DNA of 64,000 bases. Source: Camelus dromedarius (lineage: Eukaryota). A model generated the notes under the pieces. It saw only the letters and a program-made list of their open reading frames with translations. It was not told where the DNA came from and did not search any database. Positions 1-13,785 of the stretch are shown here, piece by piece. The stretch covers positions 70,620,001 through 70,684,000 of the forward strand of contig NC_087437.1 in assembly GCF_036321535.1 (NCBI RefSeq), read 5' to 3'. Numbering within the stretch: position 1 is the stretch's first letter; each line of letters opens with the position of its first letter. Made by a program: the position numbers and the translations under genes.

Positions 1-879
1 TTTCAGTGGTAGCTACATATGGAAAATGGCTGCAGAGATTCACAATTCAAAAATAGTTCATTGCTAAATTCGAAATTCTGTTAATGTCACAAACAGTGGG
101 ATGCGAAACACAAATGAATTGTGATGACAGTTGAGTCCCAAGCTGCCTATATTTTTTCTCTCAGAGCTGCCCATATTTGGCTTTATATTTTTCTCAGTCT
201 TGATTTAACCCATCAATATTTGTATTTTCTGAAGCTAGCACCACCTTGGAGCATCCCACTTAAAGATTTTATTCCTAAATGCTTCCTGGTTCCTAGGAAT
301 TTTGCTCTCACTGCATTTCTTCTCACAGATATGTATTCTTGAATTTACCTCTCATCTTAGAGTCAGAGTTTCAAACACTTCTTAACCTGCAGCTTCTAAG
401 GCTTGGTGTTGCACTTCACTCCTCCGTTTCTCTCGTGTTTAAGTGTCATTCCATCCCTCCTCTTCTGCAGGACATATTTCTTCTCCGTGTTGCTTTGACT
501 TGGGGTACTTCCTGTCCTCTTGACAATTTACATTCATTTCCTATTATAGTTTTTAAAAACTTGGTTTTCTAAATGTCACTCTTATCCTCTTTGGTGGAAG
601 GTTTTTATAATCCTTGATTTGGGGAACAAGAGTAGAAACATTATTTTATAAACTGAATAAAGCTCCCTTTTAAATACAGAAATTCCATATAACCATAAGC
701 TAGCTTGACTTTGGGAAAATGTCATTTAAAAATATCTCTAAAATGCATTGCTAAAATGACCAAATTATTTTGGTTTAATGGATTTTGTAGCTTGGATACC
801 AGACCTACCTCACAGTGCAACAGTCCTGACAAAATATGTTTTATCTTGATTTTACTGCAGGCAGTGATTTGGCTGCCAT

Positions 880-1075
880 TTATTGAATGACCTCTCTGCA
901 CCAAGAGTTTTACATTTAATTCTTAAAACAAGCCTGTGAGATAGGTACCGTTATCTTCACTTAATAGATGGAAAAACTTTAACCTCCAGAGGTTAAATGA
1001 CTTGTTAAGGGTGGAAATACGATACAAACCCAAGGTTCTAAGACTCTAAAACTCATCCTTTATCCATTACCACAT
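880..1075 (-). mobile_element. MIR SINE, degraded
   Basis: Reverse-complement MIR core and tail: ttattgaatg...cctgtgagatagg...atagatggaaaaact...aggttaaatgacttg. Confidence 0.75.
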
Positions 1076-2017
1076 TCTTGTGCCTGGTTATATATTTACA
1101 TTATTGGTAGTAGGAAAGAAGTTTGTAGTATAATTTAATTGGGGGCATAGCCAATTTCATCAAAGCAAACAAAGCGATGATGAGATTTTACTTTTACTGT
1201 GTTATCATTTTTATAGAAATATGAGTCCTGGGTTATAGATTTAATAGATCTCCAGGAGGCTGAAGCACATGAGTATAGGCAACTCTTTTTACTGCTCCCT
1301 TTGGTTTCAGGAAACAGGTTATTACTAGTTCTGAAGAAACTGGAGCTTAAAATGGGTGGTTCATAGATCAGGGGTTTCAGACTTTCCAGCAAAATCCTCC
1401 TGTGACTTGTCCTAGTCTTCTTCCCCAAAATTAAAAACTGATGATTATTCTCAGCAAACATATTCTGTAGATTTTTCCCATCAAATTTCTGAAGAATGAT
1501 TATTAGTATTATTAGTAGTAGTATTTAGTACTTTTACAAAGCAAATGCTTAATACATTTTTAATCCATTTCATCATCAATCCATATGTTTCTCTTATGAG
1601 ATGTTAATTAATCACTGTACTTTTACATAGTGCTTTACAGTTTACAGTTTAGAAAATATATGCCCCCAAAATAGCACATTGTCTTTTCCTCAAGGTTACC
1701 AAAAATGGAATGTGTAATTTAGCTACAATTTGCATATACAGTAAAGCAGTGGTAGGAATACCCTCCTACCAAGATCAAGAAGCTTTATTTTTCAGAGTAG
1801 AACTCAGATGTGGTTTTCCAATTTGCCTTTATGCAGCTGGACCATTGAGTTTGCCAGTTTGGAGTCCAAATCCCAATGCCTTGCTTTAAGCAAGACTTGG
1901 GGGTTAGTGTAGATTGGCTTAGTTTATAACTTTGTTACAACCGCTTACTTCATTTGGGTCAAAACCTCCAAGAGCACTCTTGACCATTTCGCTAGAATTT
2001 AGGGTGAAATTTTAGCT

Positions 2018-2053
2018 AAAAAAAGAAAAGAAAAGAAAAAGAAAAAAGAAAAA
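2018..2053 (+). repeat. (AAAAG)n A-rich simple repeat
   Basis: aaaaaaagaaaagaaaagaaaaagaaaaaagaaaaa read directly. Confidence 0.9.
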
Positions 2054-5000
2054 TTGACAAGAACCCTGGAACAATCTTTCCTCAAATGTTCCCCTGAAAA
2101 GAAAAATATAAAAACTTCATTGTATGATGCTGGGTTTTGGATTACACATCATGAGTGCTTTTCTTGGGCTGCATCTCTCATGCTCACCCTTCCTCCAGTC
2201 ACAATGAATGTTCAATTTCCTTCTCTCAAATTCTGGCTGTTGCCAATTTCAATATATGTCTACACTATTATTTATTACTCTAAATTTAGAGTATATGTTT
2301 TACTCTTTCACTTTTTGAAGATTCAGAAAGTTTTGTTGTGAATTTATCAAAAATCACCATAAAATTCAGCCCCAAATCCTGTTTTTTTAAACAAAGAAAT
2401 TTTGGCTTTTTTAAAAAACAGATCTGAATATCCTTGGCTATTTTCATCCTTTTTCTTTATCCCAGAGTTCTTCAACTTTTATTCTCCCTGTGGAGCATAG
2501 AGTCCTGGAAATATAAGTAAAATGAACAATCCCAGATTAACATAGAAAAATTTCCTTATTCTTAGTTGCATTGAAAATGATCTTCATGTCATGCTGTTTC
2601 TAATCTGTAATGTATCATTTTTACAAATGTAGTATTACATAGATACTAAGACATTCGCAGACACTATCAAAAATATGGAGGAATATCCCACATGTAAATG
2701 TCCCAACACCTCAAACCCCAAAAATGAATTTTGGGCATGAGAAAATATCTTTCCAATAGTGGGATATCATTTTGTACTTGATGAATTTAAACATTTGCAT
2801 CCCTTGGTGTTAGTATTTGTGAAAAAATTTTAAAGACTTATGACCTCTCTTTCCTTTTAGCTACACATGGCTCAATCTAATAAATTTTGAATGGAGATTC
2901 AATATGGTTATAATCTCAATCATACCACATTTAAAAGCAACGTTCTAGACTGTTTTTCTCTGCCAGCATGACTCCACAAAGAAAACGAAACCAAACAAAA
3001 CCTTCTTTAAGACAGAGAGTAAAAACAAGGCTTTCAAAATCTGTTTTAAAAAATGGGTTGGACAGTGACGAACAACCAGTTTTTCAAACACCACTGTAGC
3101 CATTTCAAGCTATAAAGTGGACAGTACACAGGGAAAAAAATCAATAAAGGGTAAAGATCTCTGTCACATTTGAAACCTAAAAATACCATTAAGACCAGTT
3201 CCCTCTCTAGGCATCTATAATTGCATTCCACTAAAAGGTGCTGAAAAAAATCAGCCACCTTCTGCTAAAATGAAATGTCCAGACAAGCAAGTCTGTAAAT
3301 AATTAAAAGACTAACTAGAGTAGGAAAAAAAAGGGAATTGTTCGGGGTGGGGAGCGGGGGAAGATGTGGAGGAGATTGAGCACATAAAATGTTGAGTGTA
3401 CCAGAACCAGAAGAGAGAACCAGAGAGAGAAAAGAACTTGTTCTTCAAAAGAAGATACTTTCCATCCTTCACCAGCAATACAGAATTGATAGCCTGATAA
3501 TAGAAGCCCTTTGGGTAGCATTGGTGGGAAGAACACTGTCTTCACAAAGCCTGCACTAGGTGTTCAACTGCCCAGGGCAGTCTGATCAGTGTGTCCTTGT
3601 TTCTAGAATTGAGTAAACCAAATCACGATGAACAGCATATGGTTTAATAGTTAACTTTTAGAACCTAGGGACAGGGAGATGATTTTATGCCACAGTCCCA
3701 GCATTTGTTTGTTACTAAAGCTTGTTCTGAGAGCATTTACAACTTTTTGGAGAGTCTGATTTTGGCTTAATGATCAACTTGTCCTGAAGTCTCCCTTAAT
3801 ACAAGTGAAATTTTGTGATAAAACATACTCTAGAATCCAAAGTATTGGTATTAATGTAATTATTACTAATATTATTATTATTCCTTTCCTATGTTGGTAA
3901 TTATCTCTCCACTTCCCTATTCCAAAAATAAGTGCAAGTTTTGTGAATACATAGGGTTAGTTTCTCTGAGAAAGTTGCTATCTTCTTCCAAGTTGGAAAT
4001 TTGAGATATTTTACAAAATAGCTGGATGTGCTTTTTAAATGACTGAAGACAGAAAATATCCTAGAGACACAGGGATCCACAAAGGAAGAGGACAAAGGAA
4101 GGGAGAGAACTGTGTATTTTGGCTGATTCAGGCTTCAGTGCTCTGTGTTGTTTGGCTTGTGAGCTTTTTATTAAGGTCTCTGCTTTCTCAGAATTCTAAT
4201 CAGACTCTTCCCTTATAACTAAGAGAATCTCCACTCTTAGCATCTTCTCCATCTCTTTTAAAGTAGAGTCACCATAGACCAGGATTTAGCATACCTTAAT
4301 GAATGGGCCTTGTGTTAAGAACAACTACGAAGGGAAAATAACAAGAAAATTGAAGGCACATTTGTGATAAGCACTGAGGTTGTGTTCTTCCTGATACGGA
4401 ATTTCTTTTAACAATATAGCTAAACTAAACAGCAACAATAGCAATAATCAAAAAAACCCCATACTTCTCATTCTCTTCTCCCTGTTTTCATTTAAAAACA
4501 ACTACCACCATAAAAATAGCCCAGCAAGAGAAAGAGCTTGTGTCTGTATTTTTGGTGTGTGATCATATATCTTCATTATAGTTCCTCTGCCACACATTAA
4601 CAGTTATTTGTCCCTGATGTTTCTCGAGGATCATCTTTGTGCATGTCTCCAAAGCTGTTGTAACAGCATTACTATTTTCTCTTCTTCATTCTCTCCTTTT
4701 ATTTGGGCTTTTTTCATGTGAAAGAGGCTCTTTCTCTAGCCTCTTGACATGCATTCTCCATTTCACTAGGACAGATGGGTGCTTCTATATGATGCCTTTT
4801 AAAGTGATAAGATAGTAAGAATGTATTTTGAACAATATTTTACCAGTATTATTGCAAAATTAGCAACTGTATATTCTATATACACACATAGAAGCTGTAT
4901 AAAATACAAATTCCATTCATGTCTGATGTCTTCTGCATTTATAGAGTGACTATTGCTGTAGCATCTAAGCACTTTATGTTATTTCCTCTTATTATTATTT

Positions 5001-5819
5001 ACCACCTGATCATTCCAAAGTGCTTTTTACAATCAGAGAATTTCATTAACAACCCATTCCCTCGCTCTTTGTTTTTCTGCATCCTCGCATGTAAAAGTAT
5101 CAAGCGTCTTAGTAGCTATATCAGATAAATTACAGTAAAAAGACAGAGTGCAGCTGACAGGAGGATGGGGGGAAAACGCATTCCAAAGCGTCTCCTGAAA
5201 CCCAGTTTATGTTTTATAGTATCCAAATAGTAATATTACAGAAGAATATATAGTAGAATGAAAACTCAACCACTAGATACTCATTTTCATTTATCATGGT
5301 TTCCACCATTGCAGTAGTCAGAAGTGTGAAGTGAGCAAGGGGAATTCTGTCTGCCCTTCACATATAGACAGGTCTGGGCCACTGCACCTTCTAGCTGTAG
5401 AAAGCTTGTGATTTCTTATTGCTTCTTGAGCTGCCTTTAGCCCAGAATTATGGAAGTCAATCTGTTTTAAAATCCAAAGAGCTACTGTTATATTTTTTTA
5501 AGCTAAAAGATAGAGACTTGTTTATAAAAAGGTTCATTGTGATTATAGATGAAAGTGCGTGGTTGGTACCTTAACAGTTTGATTGAATTAAAATCAAGTT
5601 CATTCTGGGGTTTCCTTCTCAGCTCTACTCCTTGCTTTATCTTTGACTCCAAACTAATTGCATAACCTCTGGTTGACTTGTGCCTCATCTACACATTCAG
5701 AGTGAAATTCAGAAATGAGGTTATTAATCTAACTAATGTAGGCTATAACATTATTTCTGTAAATATTACTGCCAGAGAATTTGAGATTTCTGACTTAAGC
5801 AGATAGTAATAAAAACTAA

Positions 5820-6180
5820 CAATTTTATGCACAGTCTCCTTTTAACCTTAAACAACAAAGCTTTGAAGTAGATACGTCAGAATCACCTGGAAATGATCAG
5901 AGTCACTTGGAGGGCTTGTTAAAAACACAAATTGCTATGCCCCACCCATAGAGTTTCTGACTCTGAGTCTAGTTATAGGGACTGATAATTTGCATTTCTC
6001 ACAAGTTCCTGAGTGATACTGATGGGACCACACATTTGGAGTCACTGCATCAAGAGAGATAGATATAGCTTAAGTACAGAAAAGGAAACCAAGGCTGAGA
6101 GTGGCCTCAAGTCATGGCAGTAAAGTGGCAGAACACCAACAAAATCCTAGGACTTCTGACACTATCTTTCTACTACACAC
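5820..6180 (-). mobile_element. MIR SINE interrupted by MER5A
   Basis: MIR-like text on both sides of MER5A (tttaaccttaaacaacaaagctttgaagtagata / acagaaaaggaaaccaaggctgagag...taaagtggcagaa). Confidence 0.55.
5874..6047 (-). mobile_element. MER5A hAT-Charlie DNA transposon fossil
   Basis: tcagaatcacctgg...agggcttgttaaaaacacaaattgct...gagtttctgact...aatttgcatttctcacaagttcc...ggaccacac...cactg matches remembered MER5A consensus. Confidence 0.85.
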
Positions 6181-6690
6181 ATTTTCTTTTTACTTCTATT
6201 ACTTTTATGTTTGGAATGACTTTTGGTTGCCTTGAGATCCTGAGTGAAATAGCATTGTAAAGGAGTGGTGATTAGATCTTTTCCCCTTAGGCCTAGTAGC
6301 CACTTTTACTGGATTTGTGGAAGGAAAGGAGGAGGACCTTCCAGATATTAGTGATTAGCTTTGGTATAAAGGGCTTTAAGACCAGTATTATGCTTCCCTT
6401 TTGGGGATGAGAGTAATAAGTTTGAGTCTTCTTGTGTTTTGGCCTATAGATAGAGATGGACAGTCTTCTCTTCCATGGACTTGTGACCATATTCTGCTAT
6501 GACAATGCTTTGTAATAACTTCCACTTGCATATTACTTCTCCAGATAGTCGTGACAAAGGAACATAGCGAAGAGTATATGGTGGGGTAGGGGAGAGGCCC
6601 CTGCAAGGAGACTGAGGACACTAGGTTTCCAGTACTACCTCATCCTGGCACAGGTGTACCAACCTTCATGGAAGGCAGAACGGCATGGTG

Positions 6691-6873
6691 CACTGGTTTG
6701 CAATTCAGGCTGTGCTTTATAATCACCCAGGAGAGCTTGGATACCAACACCCACGTCTGGGGCCCATGCTCAGAAATTCTGATGGATTCCCCTGGGGGGT
6801 GAGGTCTGAGCATCAGCAGGTTTTAAAAGCTTCCCAAGTTATTGTAATGTACAGTCTGGGTTAAGAACTACTG
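6691..6873. mobile_element. MER5B-like hAT-Charlie element inserted in the 5' end of a MIR
   Basis: Termini cactggttt...aagaactactg; internal aatcacccaggagagctt, ttttaaaagcttccca, taatgtacagtctgggtt. Confidence 0.75.
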
Positions 6874-7120
6874 GCCTCATGGTTAAGAGCCTGGATTTTG
6901 AAATCAGAAGATCTTAGTTCACATATTGGCTCTTCTATTTAGTTACTGTGCAACTTGAACAAGTTATTTAATCTCTGTCGGCTTTAGTTTTCTCATCTAT
7001 AAAAATGCAAATAATAATTGCCTTGTGGGATATTTTTGAGTTAAATGAAATATTTTTAAATGTTTGACATAGTTTCTGGCTTATGATATTGGATATATTA
7101 TATGTTAGCTATTATTATTA
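6874..7120 (+). mobile_element. MIR SINE, near full length (5' tip at about 6671-6690)
   Basis: tggttaagagc...gaacaagttatttaatctctg...tagttttctcatctataaaaatg...tgttagctattatt. Confidence 0.85.
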
Positions 7121-9929
7121 TATTGCACTTTGGCTTCCTTATCCATAAAGAAGGGGGCACTTTAGTCTTTGAAATGGAGGACCAGTATCTTATGATTCTC
7201 TACAAATGCATGTCTGTCAGCTTATTCATAGTATCCTGCTCAGTTCCATCTTGCCCTTTGACTTCTTAAATACACATATTTTGTTAGGTACTGTCTTTGA
7301 AAGACTCAACCTTTTTTTTTTTTTTTACCATATTTTACCAACTGTCACTACTCTGTCCTCCTTTCCATCAAAACTTGTAAAATAGAACAAATCCACTGAA
7401 ATTCCCTTATTGGGTAATGGAGGTAGTATATGGTTGACATATGGTTTAAGAAACAAATGGCAAAGCTCTGGTAACATGTACAAAATGAACATGGCCTGAC
7501 AGCTGATTGCTATTTTTTGCCATCACCCACTCTTGCAGTTCAGTCATTGGTAGTTCTCATCACAGAGGAGCCACTTCCCACTTCTTGAAGATTATGTCAT
7601 CTTGTTAATTCCTTTTCCTTTCCCTGATTTCTTCCTGTAAATCTTAAGCCTTAGTACATAGATGAGTAGTAACAATTTTTGAAGGTAGTCATGATTTTCT
7701 AAGCCCATTTATTTATCTCTATTTATGTTTATTAGGTTATATTTCTCAGTTAAAGAAATATAAAAATTAGATCCTTTAAAGAAAAAACTCCCCTTGTATC
7801 TCCCTTAAAGTATACAAATTATGTTTTTGGATGGACAGAGAGAAATTATTTGACTGTCCAATAAAAGTACAGATGGTTCCATTTTTCTTGACTCATCTCA
7901 CAGCACACATTAGTCAGGTCACATGCCTGTTTGAGAATTTTTGTAGCACTAGGTCATTTGCTGAGCTTTGGGGCACATAAAAGACTATTTGCCTGGCTTT
8001 TAAGTTTGTGGATCTTACACTGTGCCTGGCATGGAGATAGGAAGGACATTTTTTTCCATTAAGCTTTTTCACTGTGTTTTGAAAGGAAAAGTTGAAACAG
8101 AGTCCCTACTGAGATTTTAACATGTTCCGTGGTGGTAACCATAGGAAAGAGGGAAACAGAAAATTTTTGGACAGAAGGAAGCCAAGGAGTCCATCTCAGC
8201 CTGTCCTCACCTCTCAGATAGCAGTTGGACTCTACAATATTATTTTTATCTAAGTGTATATCTATTGCTTTGTATTTCTGTAGCTTGCTGTCTGATGGAC
8301 GGGAAACATTGCTACCAATTATCATTTAAAAAGTTGCTCTCTCAACTCTGCTCAGACCCTTCTGGACAAATCAATGGAAACATTCATTTAGATTTTAATA
8401 AAACTAAATCATGGAAGTTTTTATTTGGAAAAATACATTTTGATGTTTAAAGAGATTCTCAAAGGGTGTTACAATAGAGCCTATATAAACTCCTGTTATA
8501 GAGAGCAGTACTTATTTCACACAGATACATAAACACAGAATAAGGAAATTTTTCTTCATTAAAGCCATGGTGCTTAAATTCACACAAGTGGACACCTCAC
8601 CCCACCTTCCCCCCTCCACACACACACCCTTCACCTCCTCTCTTCTTCCTCTGTCCACCCTCTTCTCTAACCTCTGGGGATCAAAAAATTGAAATTTAAA
8701 TCAACTCCCATTTCTGAAAGATTCTATAATGCCATTTAAGTAAAATGTTTTTTAAAAAATAGATCTGTTCTATTCTTCTCTAAAAACTTAAATATGAAGA
8801 TTTTGATATATGTTTGGGGGGAGGCACATTTTTCAGATAATCTGGTCTGACAGAGCTCTATTGAAAATTCATCAGTTTGTTAATGTTTTACTTAAGCTAA
8901 CAGTTTCTGCTTCCTTTCATTATATGACAGTTGTCATGAATAAGGTTCTGGAACACCACTTCCCATAGTTATGTTCAAATAGTGAAGTACAGCTAACCAA
9001 GTAGTCGTGGCTATTAGTAATTTTTTGATACATATTCAACATGACAGCAGTTATATTTTCTTTCTCATACCAACACTAGCTCCAAACCTTAAAATGAATG
9101 ATGAAAAGTCAAAATGGTAAGTTTTTTTTTTTTAATCTAGCTATTACCAGGTCAGAAGCAGTACCTCACAAGACTTGCATTAGCATCATTAGTATTGCTG
9201 TTTTAAACTAGACCACCCCAGATTGCATAATCTTATACTGACACAATAAAATTAGGTTTTTCTGTAGTCCATTTTTAAAAGGTAAATACCATGCACACAT
9301 AAATATAGATGAAAATAGCTTTAACACACAGGGCCCATAAAATGGGCATATTCCATTAAAGCAGGGGAAGGGTCTCTTAAGAAGAAGGTTGAAAGGCAGG
9401 AGGTCTCGTGCCGGAGTGCCTGTGTTCTAGTTCATACTTGGCTGCTTGATGAGTTAAGCTTAAAGGACTGAACCCCACTGTGTGCCAGCTTCCTCTTCTG
9501 GCTCAACCTACAACCCATTATGTTTTAATAGTGATCAAAACAATTAAGGTCATAACATTATTTAGAAATATTCAGTGTTATATACAAATATAGTCTATTA
9601 AGCATTGTTGTAAATGGGAACTGGGACCAAATTGTTGGGAAAAGTTTCTCTGTTCCAAATGTTCGAGACTGATAGAGTGATATGAAAGCCTGAAAAAAAT
9701 CTGTACATGTTGACGGCAAAGGTAGAGCTGGAGATAAGGGGCTAGCTTAAGCAAGGCAGCGATGGTAGACTATGGGTTTTAAATTAACAGAAGAAACAGG
9801 AGACACTGGAATCTCTGAGGAAGCATATCGCTTGGTCCACTGTGTTGTGTCTCGTGCATTTTCTAATGTTTGACGCAAGGATGAATTGAAAGAGCATGTC
9901 TGACAATGCGGAGCTCAGGGTTTGCCGTA

Positions 9930-10100
9930 AGACTACTCTCAAACTTAATTCTCCTTCAGGAGCTGGCTTCCAGTGCAGATTCCAGAGCCATATTCTGACA
10001 GTTTCTGATTCCACGGTAATTCTTGGATGGGCCTGTGATTCTTGATTCTAACCAGCTCCTTTGGTGATTTGGTTGTTATCATTTGTGAGACCACACTCTG
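9930..10100. mobile_element. MER5-family element, degraded
   Basis: tgcagattccagagcc...agtttctgattc...attctaaccagctcc...ggtgatt...gaccacactctg. Confidence 0.55.
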
Positions 10101-12804
10101 AATTTTCTGTCACAGCCGTTCAATGCTCTAGCCTTCAGATTATGTAGTTTCTGGTTATGGGCAGAATTGAAGGGGTTATTTAATGCTCTATAAAGCACTA
10201 CAGACAGAACTTTTTATCTGTGTCAGTGGAAATTCCATATCCTTGAGATTTTCTGTTTGCTTCTACTAAATTTGCATGTTTTAGCATTTAGGAAAGAATA
10301 CAAATAGATCTGTTTGGTCAGAATTTGTACTTAATTGGCACTATAGGATCTATCAGAATAAGGAGTCTTACAAATTTTGATTTTTTTGTCCCCTTTTTAT
10401 GCTTGTGCACAGCTGTCATCACAAAGCTAAAATGAATTTTAAAAACATAAATGTACAATTCTATTTAATATATTCATCATATGTTGTCCTATGGGGTGCA
10501 GGTGCCGTCTGATCTAACCTCTCAAAACCCTTGAGTCCATAAGGGTAAGCGAGAAATATCCCCATTACTAAGAATTTTTTGTCATATGAAAGAAAATCTC
10601 TCTATCTTATTCCACATATTCAATTCCCTTGTCATTTTACATTATAAATAAATAACAAACCAATTTGGCACATGCCCACCGATTAAAAATAAAAATTGTC
10701 AGAGTGCGAGGGGAAAGACAAAAATATGAATTATTAATTATAATATTAAGCAGCACAAAAAAGCCTAACATGAAATGATATCACCTAAAAAGAGTTTTTA
10801 TCAAAATACAGATGGGACAATGATATATTCTTTATCGTATAATTTACATTGTTGTCATTTTAAGCCAGAAATATATTTACCATATCTAGTGCATTTATCT
10901 CAAATTTGATGAAAAGATAATTTAATCATGGCAAAAGAAAGAAGTTATTTATAGAATAGTAGCATGAAAGGAAAGCTTGATTTTAGTCATACATTAACTT
11001 CTCATACTGACCTCGTGACTGGATTCACTACAACTCTATGCTCCTGCATTATTGTTATTTTCTAAATGCCCACTATCGGAAAAAGCAAGAACACTTAATT
11101 ACAAGAGTGATGTTTCTCTTTTTAAGATGATTTTAGAAGTTTATACGTTCATGTTAATATGAGAATGAATGTGGGGTTTTTTCCTAAATGGATATTTCAA
11201 ATGAATATTCTTTGAATACTGGTTTGTAACTTTATAGGTTTTCAGCAGAGTAGAGCAGCTTCTTCTCAAGAAGGGAAGATATCAGGGGCTTTAATGAAAA
11301 TATTTTGTACTATGTCTCCCTAAGTCAGAGTTACCTCACCATTTGTGACTGACTTGAGTTTTCTTTTCCTAAGTAGGCTAGCCTTTTGTTTTTAGTAATT
11401 TTAAGGGTTTATTTCTGATAAGGTTTTATTTGTTTCATGAAATGTCTTAAAATTTCATTTGGAAACAAAGGCAATGCTGAAAAAAATTACCCATGTTTGT
11501 AGTAATCTCATAGGAATCATCTATGTAGATTCTGAGAAAAATTTTTCACTTGCTATTCCCATGAATTCCTATGAATAGCAAGTTTGGTTCTGTTTAGTAG
11601 TATTTTTATTTTAACAATATAACTTCCTTGACTTGTGTTAAGCTTGCTTGTCTCATCTCAGTTGGTTTTGTTTATCTTGTCTCAATAGTTTATTCTCTCA
11701 GGCGTGATGTTATATTACCATCTCAGTTTCCTCTGCAGTATCTTTATTTTTACTTTTTAACTAAGTTTAGTGCTTATGGAAGTTGAGAGGGAGGTCTATA
11801 TCCAGGTACAAGGGGAAAAGCCATATATCTGCATGCACCTTTGCAGTAAACCAACTATTTGTTCTTATGTTGCCTACATGAAATAATTTTCAAACAACTA
11901 AAGCCTTAGAGTCCTAGTTAAGAAAAACTTTTGTGTCATAGAATTCTTTGCCCCAATGCCTGCCAACATGGAATTTTAATTTTATTCAACTTGTCCATGA
12001 ATTTCTAACTTTGGCTCTTAAAAATATACCATCCTTATTGCTATTGCCATCTTATCAAGGATTTTCTAGGCATCTCATCTATATGGATATACACAAGGAT
12101 ATCCTTCCCTCATCACAGGTTATGCAGTGAAGAAAGCAAATACAGTAAAAATTTCCATTCATCTTCTCATTCTGTTCTTATTAGTAGTTCTGATTTGATC
12201 AGAGAACATCAGTCCTTTTAGTGTTACTGTCTTGTCCAAATATTCATCCAAAAATGACTTTCCTAGCTCCTGTAATCTTCAGAGGCTGTTCATTAAGTTT
12301 AGACTTCCCTTGTAAATCATGTAAGTTTCATGGCCTTCCATAATTTTTTCTTTTGTTTCTTTGGGGTTCACTGATTCCCACCATGCACAGCCATTTCACA
12401 GCTGCTGTCATCAGCTGCTCTCCCTTAGTGTGATTTATTTTTAATAATATCCTTTTTTGCTCAATTTTGATAACCATTCATCTCAATAAATTCCTCATAA
12501 TGTTTAGTTCTTCCTTGAGTTTTACTTTTTAAACCACTGAGTAGGAACAAGAAAATAACACAAGCAGTGACAGAAAAGCAAGTATAAAACTACCAAAATG
12601 AAGCCCTGCAATCCTATCTGATGATTGGAGTGGAGGTGAAGAGTCAGAGAACATTCTAGAAAAAAAGAAAAAATCTAAACAGAACATTATTCCAGAAGGG
12701 AAGAACATATAGTCAATAAACTATGAGTAAAATAAGGTCATAGAAAAAAATAACCAGAAGAAAAATACTGGCTTTTAGATGTTTAGCAGTTTTAATAATT
12801 AGAG

Positions 12805-13050
12805 TTAATAATATTTATTGAGAGTTTCTCATGTGCTAGGAATGTGCCAAGTAACTTTCATTCATTATTTTATTTATTCACTTATTTCTTACTACAAATC
12901 TATGAGGAGAAGTATTCTTATTATTTCCTCCATTTAACAAAAATGAAAACTGAGGCTTAGATAGTAAGTGATTTGCTCAAGGTCTCGTAGCTGGGAATGT
13001 GGAGCCAGAATAGAAACTCAGGTGCACTCTTAACCTTTGTCCTGTAGTAC
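12805..13050 (-). mobile_element. MIR SINE
   Basis: atttattgagag...atgtgctagg...ctatgagg...ccatttaacaaaaatgaaaactgaggcttagatagtaagtgatttgctcaaggtc. Confidence 0.85.
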
Positions 13051-13785
13051 CTTTCAAGTCACAACCTTTAAAAAACAAATATGCGCCTAAGTCTGGTTTA
13101 ACTATTCTATATAAGAGCCTACAAAAGACCTCAAGTCAGTTTATTCTTGCTTTATTCCTTCAGTGTCATAAGAGTTTGAAACATTTCATAGTAGAGCATA
13201 GTTCAGGTTTTGAAAATGAATCTTTCCTCAGATTTGCTAGTTTCATTCTCAGTAGTAGTGGGAAGTCACTTTTTTCTTAACTATAGATAACAGCTGATTG
13301 ATGTTAGGAAAAATATTCTGGAGTATTTTGATATGATATATTTTGAGTAAATGTAAAATAAATGAATAAATGTCCACATTTTACATAATGAATTTAAGCA
13401 TTGATTCTTAGATAATTTGAGACGTTTCCATTAAGTTATTTCTTGGCAACTGCTGGTTAAATTTTAAACTAATATATTAAGTTCTGATAACTGGCACTCT
13501 AAGAATATCTGATAAATTTTATGTGTTGGGTAAATTTAAGATAAGGTGACCTCTTTCAATGTGTGATAGTTTCATGATATGTAATCTATTCCTCAGGGTA
13601 AAAACATCATCTTTCTTAAGGTTGAAGGAATAGTAGCCACAATGAAATCTAGTCTGGGCCCCATATATCTGCTGTATACAGTGGTCAGAGCCAGCAAGTC
13701 AGTAAATTCAGAAATTGAACAGCCTGGAACCAGAAGCAAGAGAATCATACTGCCTTGAGTTGGAGAGTTTATACAAATTATTTGA

